64,000 nucleotides of DNA, taken from Piromyces finnis finn. Lineage: Eukaryota > Fungi > Neocallimastigomycota. Under the pieces are notes generated by a model, which saw nothing but the letters and a program-made list of their open reading frames with translations, searched no databases and was not told the DNA's origin. Location: contig MCFH01000013.1 in the NCBI GenBank assembly GCA_002104945.1, forward strand, positions 868,001 to 932,000. Reading direction: 5' to 3'. Shown here in pieces: positions 12,635-26,418 of the stretch; within the stretch, counting starts at the first letter, position 1, and each line of letters opens with the position of its first letter. Position numbers and translations under genes: made by a program.

Positions 12635-13279
12635 TAGTCTTCAAGGGAAAATTATTAGGACTAAGCTCATGGTACTGAGCGATTAAAAAACATTTTATTC
12701 ATCAAATTTAAGTATTTGATGAATAAGTGAATGTTTGATTTTTCAGGTAAGTTTGTATAGTATTTAATTAGAAGAGTAATACATTTTGTTGCTGTATTTT
12801 TTCTTTTATTCATGTATTCATGTAGTACTACTCTTCTCTTGTAAGAATCCAATGTAGTCAACTTTAGCATTTGCATTGTACTTTTATATTCATGTAGCTA
12901 TTGTTGTATTGTTTCTTGTAAGAGACTGATTCACTCTACATCATGTAAAAATACTATTCACAAGCTTTCTGGTGTCGACATTCTTGATTCAAATTTTTTA
13001 CCAATTTAAATATTTAATGAAAAGTAAAGTCAAACAAGTTTAGTGTCAAAAAGCGATTCGAATTTACTAACAACAAACCAAAACTAGAATTTTTAAAGAA
13101 AATTTACAACTAGAATTCAAAAAATAAGAAACTTTAAACAAAGCATCGTAACAATTTTTGTACTATCCAGTACTTTTAAGAAGAGAGAGAGAGACAGATT
13201 TTTTTCCATATACGTTATATTTGTAATTTTTATTAGTATTTATTTTATATTCAATATTTTTTAATTAGAATTTATTATC

Positions 13280-16200
13280 ATGTCAGTCCTTTATATTAAA
13301 GATAAGAATTATATCAGACGTGGTACCCGGTCTTATGGTATCCCCTTAGATGATATTCGCTCCTTCTTTATCCGTGGTATTCGATCATGGTCAGTAAATA
13401 TGCTATGGGAAAAACTCGAGGTTATTCTAGAAGATAAATTTAATTCAGTTATTAGTGTTAAATATTTTCAAACTTTCAATGATCACTTTTTCTTAGTCAA
13501 GGTTCATGGTTCATCAAAAGATTGTATTAAAATCTTACACATGTTAAAGAAGAAACTTTCAGTTACCTCAATTTCCTTTTCAGCTCGTAGTAGAAGGAAT
13601 CACAAATACACTTTTTCCACTCTCAAACGTAAAATTTTAGTTTCTAATAAACATCAACATTCTATTCAACAATCATTTCAACAATCAGTTCAACAATCAG
13701 TTCAACAATCTCATCAACAATCCGATCTTCAACGAGATCTTCAACAGGATCTTCAACAAGTTTCCCATCATGAAAATATTCCAGATCTACAGCAAACACA
13801 ATTTCAATCTCAACATTCAACAATTAATTCTAATAGTTCTATCAACTCTGATAACAGTTCAATAGTTGATAGTTCTTCAGTTTCACAGCCATCTAGTAAT
13901 AGTTCTACTTATTCCTCTGATGCATCATCCATTAATAACGATGACTTTAATAATAATAATAATAGCAACGATTCTTCCTCATCCAACAAGCCTGATAACT
14001 TTTCTTTTTGTCTTAGTTGGAACACCAATGGGTGGAATCATGAAAAGAGAGATAGTATTAGCTATTTCACAGCTATTTTCAAACCATTATTCTTATGTTT
14101 CCAAGAAACTGGTAATGGTTCTGGATCGAATACAGATTATCCTTGTCGTGTTACTTTGCGAAACTATAGACACTTTTTCAAGAAAGCTGACGAATCAGTT
14201 CCGGGAATGAGAGGTTTATATTTAGGTTTTCACAATTCGTGTCAAGCCTCACTTGAAAACTTCTCTGGAAAGTATATTATTTCTATTTATACTTTTAGTC
14301 TCTGGAATAGATTCAAATGCTCGATTGGAAATGTTTATATGCCTCATAGTCATCACAACATCTATGTTGATCATGCAAAGTTAGAAGTTCGCTTGTGGTT
14401 ACAAACTCATTCATCCCATCCATCGATTCTTGTTGGTGATTTTAATATGTCTAAAGTAAAATTATCCAACTGGTTATCAACTAATGGATTAGGAGATTGG
14501 GAAATTCTTCCGCTTAGAGGGTCTACTATCTCTTGGACTCGAGGTGAACAATCTTCCGACATTGACCATGCTCTTATCAATTCGAAGATGAAAGATCTTA
14601 TTCACTCAGGATCATTTATAAATAATTTTTATCCTGTATCAGACCATAAGCCACTTCTTATTAATGGTAAAATTATTCCTATGGAAGATTTTTCTAATGA
14701 CTTTAACGTTCCTAAGAAAATTCTGAAATGGAATAGATTAAAATGTATTGAGGAAAAGGAATCTATTCTCAGTCATAATAAATTCCAAATACTTTCAGCA
14801 AAATTCAACGATCCTAATGTTTCTACAGATGATCTTTCCAAAGAATTTACTTCAACTGCTTTTTCAATTGCAGACGAGCTCAGTATTACCTCAGCAAATA
14901 ATGTTATAAAGTCTTCATTTCATATTTCACAACAAATTTTTAATCTCCAAAAAATCAAAATGAAGTTGTATAAGAGATTTAAAAAAGAAAGAATTTATGA
15001 TATAGATGAATTTATTAAAAGAATTAAAATCTACCGTAAGCTCATTGATTACATCCACAAAAGATGTAATGAATTTAGGAAACAAGAATATCTTCATTGG
15101 ATTAAAACAGGATGTGAGTATATGAAGAGTCATAATCCTAAGAAGGCCTGGAAATGGATCAAGAAAACTGCAAAAATTGGAAAAGATTCTTTCTTTATTG
15201 CTCAACCAATTAAAAATAAAAATGGAGAGTTAGTTGTTGCTACGGAAGAACAACTAGATGTGTGGCATGATCATTTCGAAAATCTTGCATCAGATCCAAG
15301 TGGCGTAAGTCTTGATTTGGAGCATTGGTATGAAGAACCAACGAATAAACGTTTTTCACTCCCTATGCTTGATGAATGGGATATCAACCAAGATATTAGT
15401 ATTGATGAAGTCAAGTCAGCTATCCTCTCTACTCCGAATTATAAAGCATCAGGTCCGGATGGTATTCCAATTGAATTTTACAAAGCATTAATTCCATCAA
15501 GTAATGATTCTAATAATGCTACAGATAATAATTCTTCCGGTAATACCACTTCAGATAATGATTCTTATGGTTTAAATTTTATTCTTAAATTATACAACCG
15601 TATTTGGGATGGAGACTTCCCCAACTCATGGAATGAATCCAGTATTGTTTCTATTCCTAAGAAGGGAGATTTGACAGATTGTGATAACTATCGAGGTATA
15701 TCACTTATCAATAATGGTATTAAGTTGATTTCCAAAATTGTCACCACTAGAATCTCAGAATATGGTCTAAAGAATAATTTCATTAGACCTGAACAATTTG
15801 GTTTTCGAAAAAAGGAAGAAAGTATCAGTCTTTTCATTTCAATCCAAGAAATATGCCGTAGACGTCAATTAGATAATAAAGAGACATATTTGGCCTTTTT
15901 AGATCTCAGGAAAGCATACGATTCAGTCCCAATCGGTAATATTCTCCATAAATTAGATTGTTTAGGAATCCGAGGTAAGAGTTTACAATTCATCAAAAAT
16001 TTATATTTAACATCTAAGGCTAATGTCAAATTAGATGGACAATTCTCGAAATCTTTTGATGTGAAGAAAGGAGTCCGTCAAGGATGCCCTCTTTCTCCTA
16101 TTCTCTTTAATCTCTTTATTAATGATATATTTAAAGAGTGTGAAGATCTCGGAGTCAGTTTAGGTGACACTCGATGCTGTGGTGGACTTTTTGCAGATGA

Positions 16201-17806
16201 TATAGTTATTTGTGCTCCAACAAGAGGATGCTTAAAAAAGATGCTTAGAAGAGTTAATGAATGGGCCTTGTATAATGAAATGGAATTTGGTATCCAGAAA
16301 TGTTCAACGATGGTGATTCGTCCTGAATCAATAGAAAATCAGAACAAGAGAGATCCAACATTTTACTTAGCAGGACAACCCATTCCAACTACTGATTGTT
16401 ATACTTATCTTGGTGTTCCATTTGATAAGAATCTGTCCCTTAAACCAGTTATTAAAGCTCTTAATAACAAGGTTTTGAAAGGACTTTTCTCAGTCAGTAA
16501 ATTCTTAAGAAATCCTAATATTCCTATTCCCTTCAAAAAGCTAGTACTTAACTCACAAGTGATTAGCAGAGTTTCATACTTTGCACCATTACTTGGATCC
16601 AACAAAGCCAGGTCTAGGATTGCACAGAAGCATGTTAACAAAGGAATACGATGGGTTGCCGGAGTTCATAAAGCTGTATCGTTTATATCTTTATACTCTA
16701 TCTCAAAAGATTTGAATATTCCTCCATTGTCAGCCAAATGTGCATTAGCTCAGGTTAGATGTTTTAACAAATGGAAAAACTCAAATTGTATTATCTCACA
16801 CCTTGTCAATTACATTCCTAAATTTAGAAAATACACGTGGTGCAAATCAAGTAGGACACTTGATAAAAAACTAAAGAAACATGGAGATGTTAAAGCAGTT
16901 AAAAACTTTTATTGGAAAGATCTCAAAGGGAATTCAATCAAAGCGCAATATTATGATGATAATAAGTTTATTGATACTAAAGATTTTATTAAATTATGTT
17001 ATGAGTACCCAGAGTTTGCCTATGGCTTCTACTGGCTATTGAAAGCAAGAAGCGGATACAAGTTGGATGCTAGAGTTGCCAAAGCTGCCAAATTTGTTGA
17101 TCCAGTTTGTCCTAACTACTGTCCATGTTGCAAGTGTGGAGATCAAAGTATTAAACATTGGTTATTAGATTGTCCAACATTTAGAGATATCCGTATTAAA
17201 CATTATGATTCCATAGTCCAGCTATTAAATTTTTTCAGTCAACGTAATTCCAATAGTCCTATCAATAATAATGAAATTGATAATATCAGTAGAGATAGTA
17301 ATAATATTAATAGTAATAGTAACAATAGTAATAATAACAATAGTAATAGTAACAATAGTAATAATAACAATAGTAGTAATAGAAATAATAATATTAGTAA
17401 TGATAGCAATAGTGAAGATAATAATTCTAATTTAGATAGTAATTTAGTTAATGATAGTAATAGTTCTAATAATCCGGTGAATATTAATGTGTATGATTAT
17501 TCTAGTGTGTGCAGTAAAATATTTAAATTCCTTCTTGGGGGAAGAAGTTTTAACAATATTAATTACAATTCAAGGGAATGGAAAGAACTTTGTAAGCGTC
17601 AGATTCAATCTGGTACTAACGAAGGAACACCATTCTTGACGGTAACCGCGGAACTTCTAACCAAAATCATGCCTTTTGCTATTGGCCAGCAATGGTCAAT
17701 GTTCAAAAGGTTTGAAGCAACATCCAAGAGCGTCAATGCTGAAGAAACAGTAAGACAGGCCAGGAGGGCCAGCGCAACCAATGGAGATCATAATTTTGTC
17801 CCATGA
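13280..17806 (+). CDS. LINE polyprotein: N-terminal RRM-like region, apurinic-type endonuclease, reverse transcriptase, C-terminal CCHC knuckle
   Basis: APE motifs SWNTNG, FQET, VGDFN, DIDH, SDH. RT motifs YRGISL, FLDLRKAYDSV, QGCPLSP, FADD, YLG. C-X2-C-X8-H-X4-C (CPCCKCGDQSIKHWLLDC). No stops or frameshifts. Confidence 0.95.
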   Translation: MSVLYIKDKNYIRRGTRSYGIPLDDIRSFFIRGIRSWSVNMLWEKLEVILEDKFNSVISVKYFQTFNDHFFLVKVHGSSKDCIKILHMLKKKLSVTSISFSARSRRNHKYTFSTLKRKILVSNKHQHSIQQSFQQSVQQSVQQSHQQSDLQRDLQQDLQQVSHHENIPDLQQTQFQSQHSTINSNSSINSDNSSIVDSSSVSQPSSNSSTYSSDASSINNDDFNNNNNSNDSSSSNKPDNFSFCLSWNTNGWNHEKRDSISYFTAIFKPLFLCFQETGNGSGSNTDYPCRVTLRNYRHFFKKADESVPGMRGLYLGFHNSCQASLENFSGKYIISIYTFSLWNRFKCSIGNVYMPHSHHNIYVDHAKLEVRLWLQTHSSHPSILVGDFNMSKVKLSNWLSTNGLGDWEILPLRGSTISWTRGEQSSDIDHALINSKMKDLIHSGSFINNFYPVSDHKPLLINGKIIPMEDFSNDFNVPKKILKWNRLKCIEEKESILSHNKFQILSAKFNDPNVSTDDLSKEFTSTAFSIADELSITSANNVIKSSFHISQQIFNLQKIKMKLYKRFKKERIYDIDEFIKRIKIYRKLIDYIHKRCNEFRKQEYLHWIKTGCEYMKSHNPKKAWKWIKKTAKIGKDSFFIAQPIKNKNGELVVATEEQLDVWHDHFENLASDPSGVSLDLEHWYEEPTNKRFSLPMLDEWDINQDISIDEVKSAILSTPNYKASGPDGIPIEFYKALIPSSNDSNNATDNNSSGNTTSDNDSYGLNFILKLYNRIWDGDFPNSWNESSIVSIPKKGDLTDCDNYRGISLINNGIKLISKIVTTRISEYGLKNNFIRPEQFGFRKKEESISLFISIQEICRRRQLDNKETYLAFLDLRKAYDSVPIGNILHKLDCLGIRGKSLQFIKNLYLTSKANVKLDGQFSKSFDVKKGVRQGCPLSPILFNLFINDIFKECEDLGVSLGDTRCCGGLFADDIVICAPTRGCLKKMLRRVNEWALYNEMEFGIQKCSTMVIRPESIENQNKRDPTFYLAGQPIPTTDCYTYLGVPFDKNLSLKPVIKALNNKVLKGLFSVSKFLRNPNIPIPFKKLVLNSQVISRVSYFAPLLGSNKARSRIAQKHVNKGIRWVAGVHKAVSFISLYSISKDLNIPPLSAKCALAQVRCFNKWKNSNCIISHLVNYIPKFRKYTWCKSSRTLDKKLKKHGDVKAVKNFYWKDLKGNSIKAQYYDDNKFIDTKDFIKLCYEYPEFAYGFYWLLKARSGYKLDARVAKAAKFVDPVCPNYCPCCKCGDQSIKHWLLDCPTFRDIRIKHYDSIVQLLNFFSQRNSNSPINNNEIDNISRDSNNINSNSNNSNNNNSNSNNSNNNNSSNRNNNISNDSNSEDNNSNLDSNLVNDSNSSNNPVNINVYDYSSVCSKIFKFLLGGRSFNNINYNSREWKELCKRQIQSGTNEGTPFLTVTAELLTKIMPFAIGQQWSMFKRFEATSKSVNAEETVRQARRASATNGDHNFVP

Positions 17807-18042
17807 TAAAATTTTGATCTTTGGCTCGGTGTCCCATTGGAAGTCAAATACAATTATTATACTTTAGTATGATAGTGGCTTTCTTACTTTAATTAAAATT
17901 ACTAGAATACATTATACCCAATTTTTATTCATTTGTGTTTATTTAAACATATTTTTTTTTATTTTTATTTTATTTTAATTTTTATATTACATGTATTATA
18001 ATTTTAATTAAATTAATAATAAAGTTTAAAATATTTGATGCC

Positions 18043-18045
<3 letters not shown>

Positions 18046-18083
<38 letters not shown>
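18046..18083 (+). repeat. Poly(A) tail of the retrotransposon (38 A; the last 2 may belong to the TSD)
   Basis: Uninterrupted A-run downstream of AATAAA and immediately before the right TSD copy. Confidence 0.9.
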
Positions 18084-18086
<3 letters not shown>

Positions 18087-18093
18087 GACAATA
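18082..18093 (+). repeat. Right target-site duplication AAGTAGACAATA
   Basis: Matches 12376-12387. Confidence 0.9.
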
Positions 18094-18816
18094 AGTAATA
18101 ATATAAGTAATAAAATAATAGTAATTGCAGGTTTATTAGTTTTACTTATAATTTGCATAGTAAAATTCCAAATTTGGTATATTTTGATTGACCTTTTTAC
18201 CTAATTTTTATTTATTAGTTTATTTATATTTATTAAATTTTAAATATAATAAATGTTTTATAAAAGCAACACACACTTAAATTTGGAGACTTACATTCAA
18301 CATATGCCGTTATAGAAAACTATATATGGAAGTTTTGACGGAATTTTCAGTTACTATTTAATAGGTTTAAATATATATTGTATTGTTTAAATAAATCGTT
18401 TAAAAAAAAATACTATGAAATGATACCATTTTCTTTTTATTTTTATTAAAAATAAGTAAATAGGTGTTTTGCATTTTATCTATTAAATTTAGGATTATTC
18501 TGTAATTTTGAAATTAATTTTTATTTTTAATATATATTTAATTATCCTTTTCTTTTGTAATTTATGCAATTTACAAGTTTTAATACCAATGTATTTGTAA
18601 AATAATAATAATAGTAGTAATTAAAAAAAAAAAAATAATAATAAAAATTTTAATGGACTGAAATTCAAAAGTGTATTTTATATTTTAAAACAATAACATA
18701 TAGACACATCCACCCATCCATAAATATATATTAAATAAAATCAAATTAAAATTATTTTAACCATTATTATTATTATTATTTTTTTTTTAAAAAAATAAAA
18801 AAAATAATATTAAATC

Positions 18817-21466
<2,650 letters not shown>

Positions 21467-21846
21467 ACATATAAAGAATGTTGAAGATTGTAATATTATA
21501 ACAAAAGAACAAAAAACAGAATTAATGAAAATTCTTATTCTGTAAATAACCATTATTAATTCTTTAAATAATATTAATGATAAAAAAAGTATTATTTTAT
21601 TTCACACTAATTTTAGGATTATTTCTATAAAGTGTAATTATAGAAGCTTATACCATGTATATATAAAGTATTTTTGATCTATTAAAAAAGTTTCAAATAT
21701 ATGTATATCAAAATATTTAGAATAAATTCTTGATAATTATTTATTAATTAGCTAGTATTATTTTATTTTTGTGTTATATGCCTATTTTTATTTCATTTTT
21801 TAATTATTATTAATTGCTATATTTAATTTTTTTTATTGTTTTTATT

Positions 21847-23247
21847 TTACAATAGAATTATATAAAAAAGAATAAATAAATAATATATAAATTTTATTAA
21901 ATTATAGCTATATATATCAACTGCATTAATATCATTATTACTATCAATATTTTCACTGCTATTATATAATTCATTATCGTTTTCTTCACCAATTTCAGTG
22001 GCTTCATCAACGTTATTTTTTTCATTATTACTATTATCATTGTCGTCATTATTATTATTATTACTATAATTATTATTGTTATCGTTTGTGTTCACATTAT
22101 TATTATTGCTGTTGTTATTGTTGTTATCGTTCATGCTCACATTACTATTATTTCCATTACATATATCATCAAATATATAATTATCTGGATCAAAATATAT
22201 ATATTCCTGATCTAATTCCATATCTTTAATAATAATACTTAAATTTTTCCCTTTTGTACAATTTTCTAATTTTTTTATAAACTTTTCATCACAATTATCT
22301 CCATAGGCTGCAGTAAATACAGCTTTATTTTCTTTTATAAAAGTGTCAGCATAATAGCCACATTCATCATAATCATAGCATTCTTCATTTATTGCGAAAT
22401 CAAAGTATTTATGTAGTTTATCAATATTATCAATATCATTTTTCATTCCAATAGATAATCCATTAGAATGGGCAACTTCAGTTAACCAAATATCATAATT
22501 TATTTGATCTTCAACCGATATTGGTTTTTTCCACTTTTTAACTTTGTTATGAGAATATATATCAATATTATCAGCTTCTACAGCATCACAACCTTTTTCT
22601 TTTGCCAATTTAAAACGATCTGCCATTATTGGTTTTAATTGTCTAAATTAGTTTTAATAAAAGGTTTATGATTAGATAAGTAAATATGATGTTTTATATA
22701 TATATAATTTTTTTTACTAATAATATATATAATATATATAATTATTTTTTAAAAATTAATAACATACGGATTTGTTATATCTAAATAATTTTCATTCCAT
22801 TCATCCATTTTATCTCGTACTAGACCCTCAACTTTTAAAAATTTTTCAGCATCTGGTCTCCATTTTTCAATTGTCCCTGCAGAAAAATAGCATATTATAT
22901 GATGTCCTTGTGATTTTAATAATTCAATTGTACTTTTATCATTATCAAATAAATCAATATCTAAAACATCAACATTATAATCACTACACATAATATTTAA
23001 AAAATATAATTATTTTAATTAATAATGTTAATGTTTTCCTTTTCTATTTTAATTAATCACACCTTTTAATATCATTATTATTTTTATCTAAAATCCAATT
23101 CCAAGTTGTGCCAACTTCAGGTTTCCATAATTCATTTCTTTTATTATTTTTATATTTTAAATATTTAGAATTCAAACTATATTCTTTACAAAGTAATATT
23201 TTTGTAAATACCATACATATATATAGTAATAATGAAAATATTATCAT
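21847..23247 (-). CDS. Glycoside hydrolase family 114 (endo-alpha-1,4-polygalactosaminidase-like); secreted, probably GPI- or TM-anchored; 3 exons
   Basis: Signal-like N-terminus, then WKPEVGTTWNWIL, DIDLFD, ICYFSAGTIEKWRPD, KGCDAVEADNID, GLSIGMKND, FDFAINEEC, followed by an Asn-rich linker and a hydrophobic C-terminus. Confidence 0.9.
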
Positions 23248-23857
23248 TTTTATTTATTTAAATATTATATTAATTTTTAAAAGTTAAATATTATAAAATT
23301 TTAATATTTGCTTTTTTTTTTTTAAAAAAAAAAAAAAGTGTAAATTTGATATTTTTAAAATAAATGAATAACAAAACACCAATATTTATATTATTATTAT
23401 TTTTTTATTACTTTATTGTTTTTTTATTATATTATATTATTTTATTATTATAAATAAAGTTTTTCTACTATGTAATATGCGAAAGGTATGCTTTATTCAA
23501 TAAAAAATGTAATATTTAATATTTAACCCTTTATATTTTAATTTATTGTTTATATTTTTTTAATAGATGTTCATTAAAAAAAAAATTTTAGAATTTTAAA
23601 GTATTTTAATGGAAACTTATATACAATTTTATATAAAAATATATAAAATTAAACTGATTAAATAATTATTTAATAGAAATTCTTATAATATTTATTACAC
23701 TAATAATAGTAATAGCAATAATAATATATTATTATTATCTTATTTCATAATTTCTTATGAACTTAATAGATTATTTTGTAAAATAAGAAAAAATATAATA
23801 ATGGTATAAAGGTAAACAATTGTAAAGTAAGTTAAATCCTTTTAGAATTAGAATTGC

Positions 23858-26418
23858 TCATTTTGTCGAAATTTTTGTTTTCATTTCTTCTATTTTCTTT
23901 AATGTATCCTCCACCTTGTCTGGGAAAAACTTTAAATATACTCCATAATTTACTGTAGGTACTTTTCTACAACATTCAATATTTATTTCAATTAATAGTT
24001 TTATATGTTCATCAACACCACCTTATTTTTTTTATTTTTTTTTTTTAATTGGAAAAAGATAAAAAATAAATAAATAAAAGGAATTAATAAAAATATAAAC
24101 AATATTATTGAATTATTTTAATGAAATTATATAATCTTTAATACATACTAAATGAATTTAAGTTACAAGAAATTTGAAGCATGCTTTTAACTTCATTATA
24201 TGGTAACGATGTTGTTTTTTTACTTACATAATATCTATATTATGAGGTGGAATAAGAATTAATTAATTTATATTTAATGATAATGATAATAATAATAATA
24301 ATAACTTACTTCTTTAATGTTTTTATTACATCAGGTAATCTTCCAATTAATGTATTCTTTCTTACTTCCGCTGGTGTTTGTTGTTGTTTAAGCTTTCTTA
24401 ATCTATCTTTTTCACGTAGCTTTTAATTATTAGATTATTTTCGTTAGTATATATAATGTAATTATATAATCTTTAATAATATTAATAACATATAACTTAC
24501 TCTTAATCTTAAAGCACTAATTTTTTCCCTAGCTTCACCTCTTGTTTTACTGTCTACTATTGATGATGAATCTTTTTTGTCGGATTTACTATTTGATGAT
24601 GGATTTGATGGTTCAGATGATGGAGATGTGATTGCTTTTTCGGTTGTATTGTTTAATGTACTTTGTTGACTTTCTGTTTTTACTGAGACTGAAGAAGTAT
24701 TTTGTGATTTGATTCTCTCTTTAAATAACAATAAATCAGATTTTCTTAATAATGGTTTTGGTTCATTTGGTTTTGATTCTAGTAATTTTTTTTCAATATC
24801 TAGTTGATTTTTAAATAGCGGTGGTTGTGGTAATTCTACTGGTTCTATATCAGGTACATTCTCCAAGTTAAATTCGGGGTCCCAAGATGTTAATTTGGTA
24901 TAATCATTAATTTTTTCTTTTCTATTTTCTTCTATAAATTTCTTTTTTATTTTATTTTATTAGAAAAAAAATGTATATACATGTTATTTATGTATATAGT
25001 AAATTTTAAATTTAAAATTTCATATTAATATTATTATAACATACATCATATTCTTTATAAACATAATTTAGTAAATTTTGTCTAAACGTTTTTCTTCTAA
25101 TATCTGCCAATTTTCCTGCTTGTAATGCTTGTTCAAGTGCTGAAGCTGAGTTTTTAAAATCTATATACCAATTAATATTTCCATCTTTTGCTCTAAATGC
25201 TCTTAAATAATATGATTCTGGATATACTCTCATAATTTGGCCTAATTGTTTATTAGATACATTACTAATTGTTATGGTTTTATATATTGTAATTATATAA
25301 TAGAAATAATAAAAATATTAATAATTTCCTTTTATAAATTATTTTTATATTAAATATTTTATTAAAAAAAATGATTACCAATGGCATATATTTTCTAATC
25401 TTTTAATTAAATTGGAAAAAAGAATACTTTGTCTATTCATTGCTTTATCATATCTTAATATATGATCTAAAGCTTCAAATAACTTTTGTAATTTTTCATA
25501 TTTCTCTGGTAATTTAAGTTTTCTTTCTGAAAATAATAAAGGTATAATATTCTTTGATAAATCTATTGAAGAAATTCCTGCTTTTAATTTTACTTCATGT
25601 TGTGGTAATTGTGGTTTTAATTGCTTAATTTCATGTTCTATTTTGTGTTTATTTTTTATTTGTTCTGTTGAATTAAAGATATCTTTTAAGAAATCTTCTA
25701 CATTTTGAGATTTTTGAGATTGAGAATTTTGAGATTGGGATTCTTGAGAATCAGATTTTTGAGATTGTGAATTTTGATTTTGATTAATTTCAATTATGAT
25801 ATTCTTTTCTTTATTCTTTTCCCTGGAGAAGAATGTTAATAAAATCATTAAATATTAATTAATGAAAAAAATAATATTATTAATATATAATGCTTGAATT
25901 CATTTCCCTTACCATAAATTACTTTTTATGTTAACATTATTAATATTATTATCAACAATTTCAATATTATCATCATCATTTTTGATATTTATTATAGGAG
26001 TTTTCTTTTGAGTAAATGAATCTATTTGAGTTTGAAATAAATTGTTTGTTGGTTTTATATTTAAAGACTTTATTGGAGATTCTATTATCTTATCTATATC
26101 ATAAAATTTTTTTGGTGATTGAAGTTTTGAAGATATGGTTGAAAGTTTTTGAGGTGATGTAAGTGGTGTTTTTTCAGGTGATAGCAATTGGAATTTTTCA
26201 ATGGTATGTGTCATTTTTTGTTTTTTAACTTGGTCCTTTATTAAAGGAGTTTGAGTTCTCTATTTAATTGAATTATTTTATATATTGAAGATTGAATAAA
26301 TTTGAAATATAATATTATTAATCTTAATAATTTAAATTTTTACCTTTTGACCATTTCCTTTTCCTTGATGTAAGTCTTTTTGAATTGATAAGTATGATTT
26401 TAACGAAGCTTGATTCAT
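23858..26418 (-). CDS. CDT1: DNA replication licensing factor Cdt1 (multi-exon)
   Basis: LPEKYEKLQKLFEALDHIL and QLGQIMRVYPESYYL match the Cdt1 middle winged-helix region (LPYKY..L..F..MD, GQIKTVYP.SY). N-terminal PIP-like QASLKSYL and TP/SP sites are present. Confidence 0.85.

Larger units (their letters stand above)
12388..18081 (+). mobile_element. Full-length non-LTR retrotransposon (LINE, APE-RT type), about 5.7 kb
   Basis: Flanked by a 12-bp TSD. About 890-nt 5' UTR, an intact 1508-aa ORF, about 240-nt 3' UTR, AATAAA at 18018-18023 and an A-run at 18046-18083. Confidence 0.95.

Noticed and set aside
12388-12680. CRISPR-like or LTR interpretation of the repeats
   Set aside because: Adjacent units without unique spacers, eukaryotic context, no cas genes, and no matching copy at the 3' end of the element.
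12667-12876. Antisense 69-aa ORF in the LINE 5' UTR (ORF0-like)
   Set aside because: Short, preceded closely by an in-frame stop, no recognisable motif, and it overlaps a small imperfect duplication (about 12805-12845 vs 12885-12922). Unsupported without other copies.
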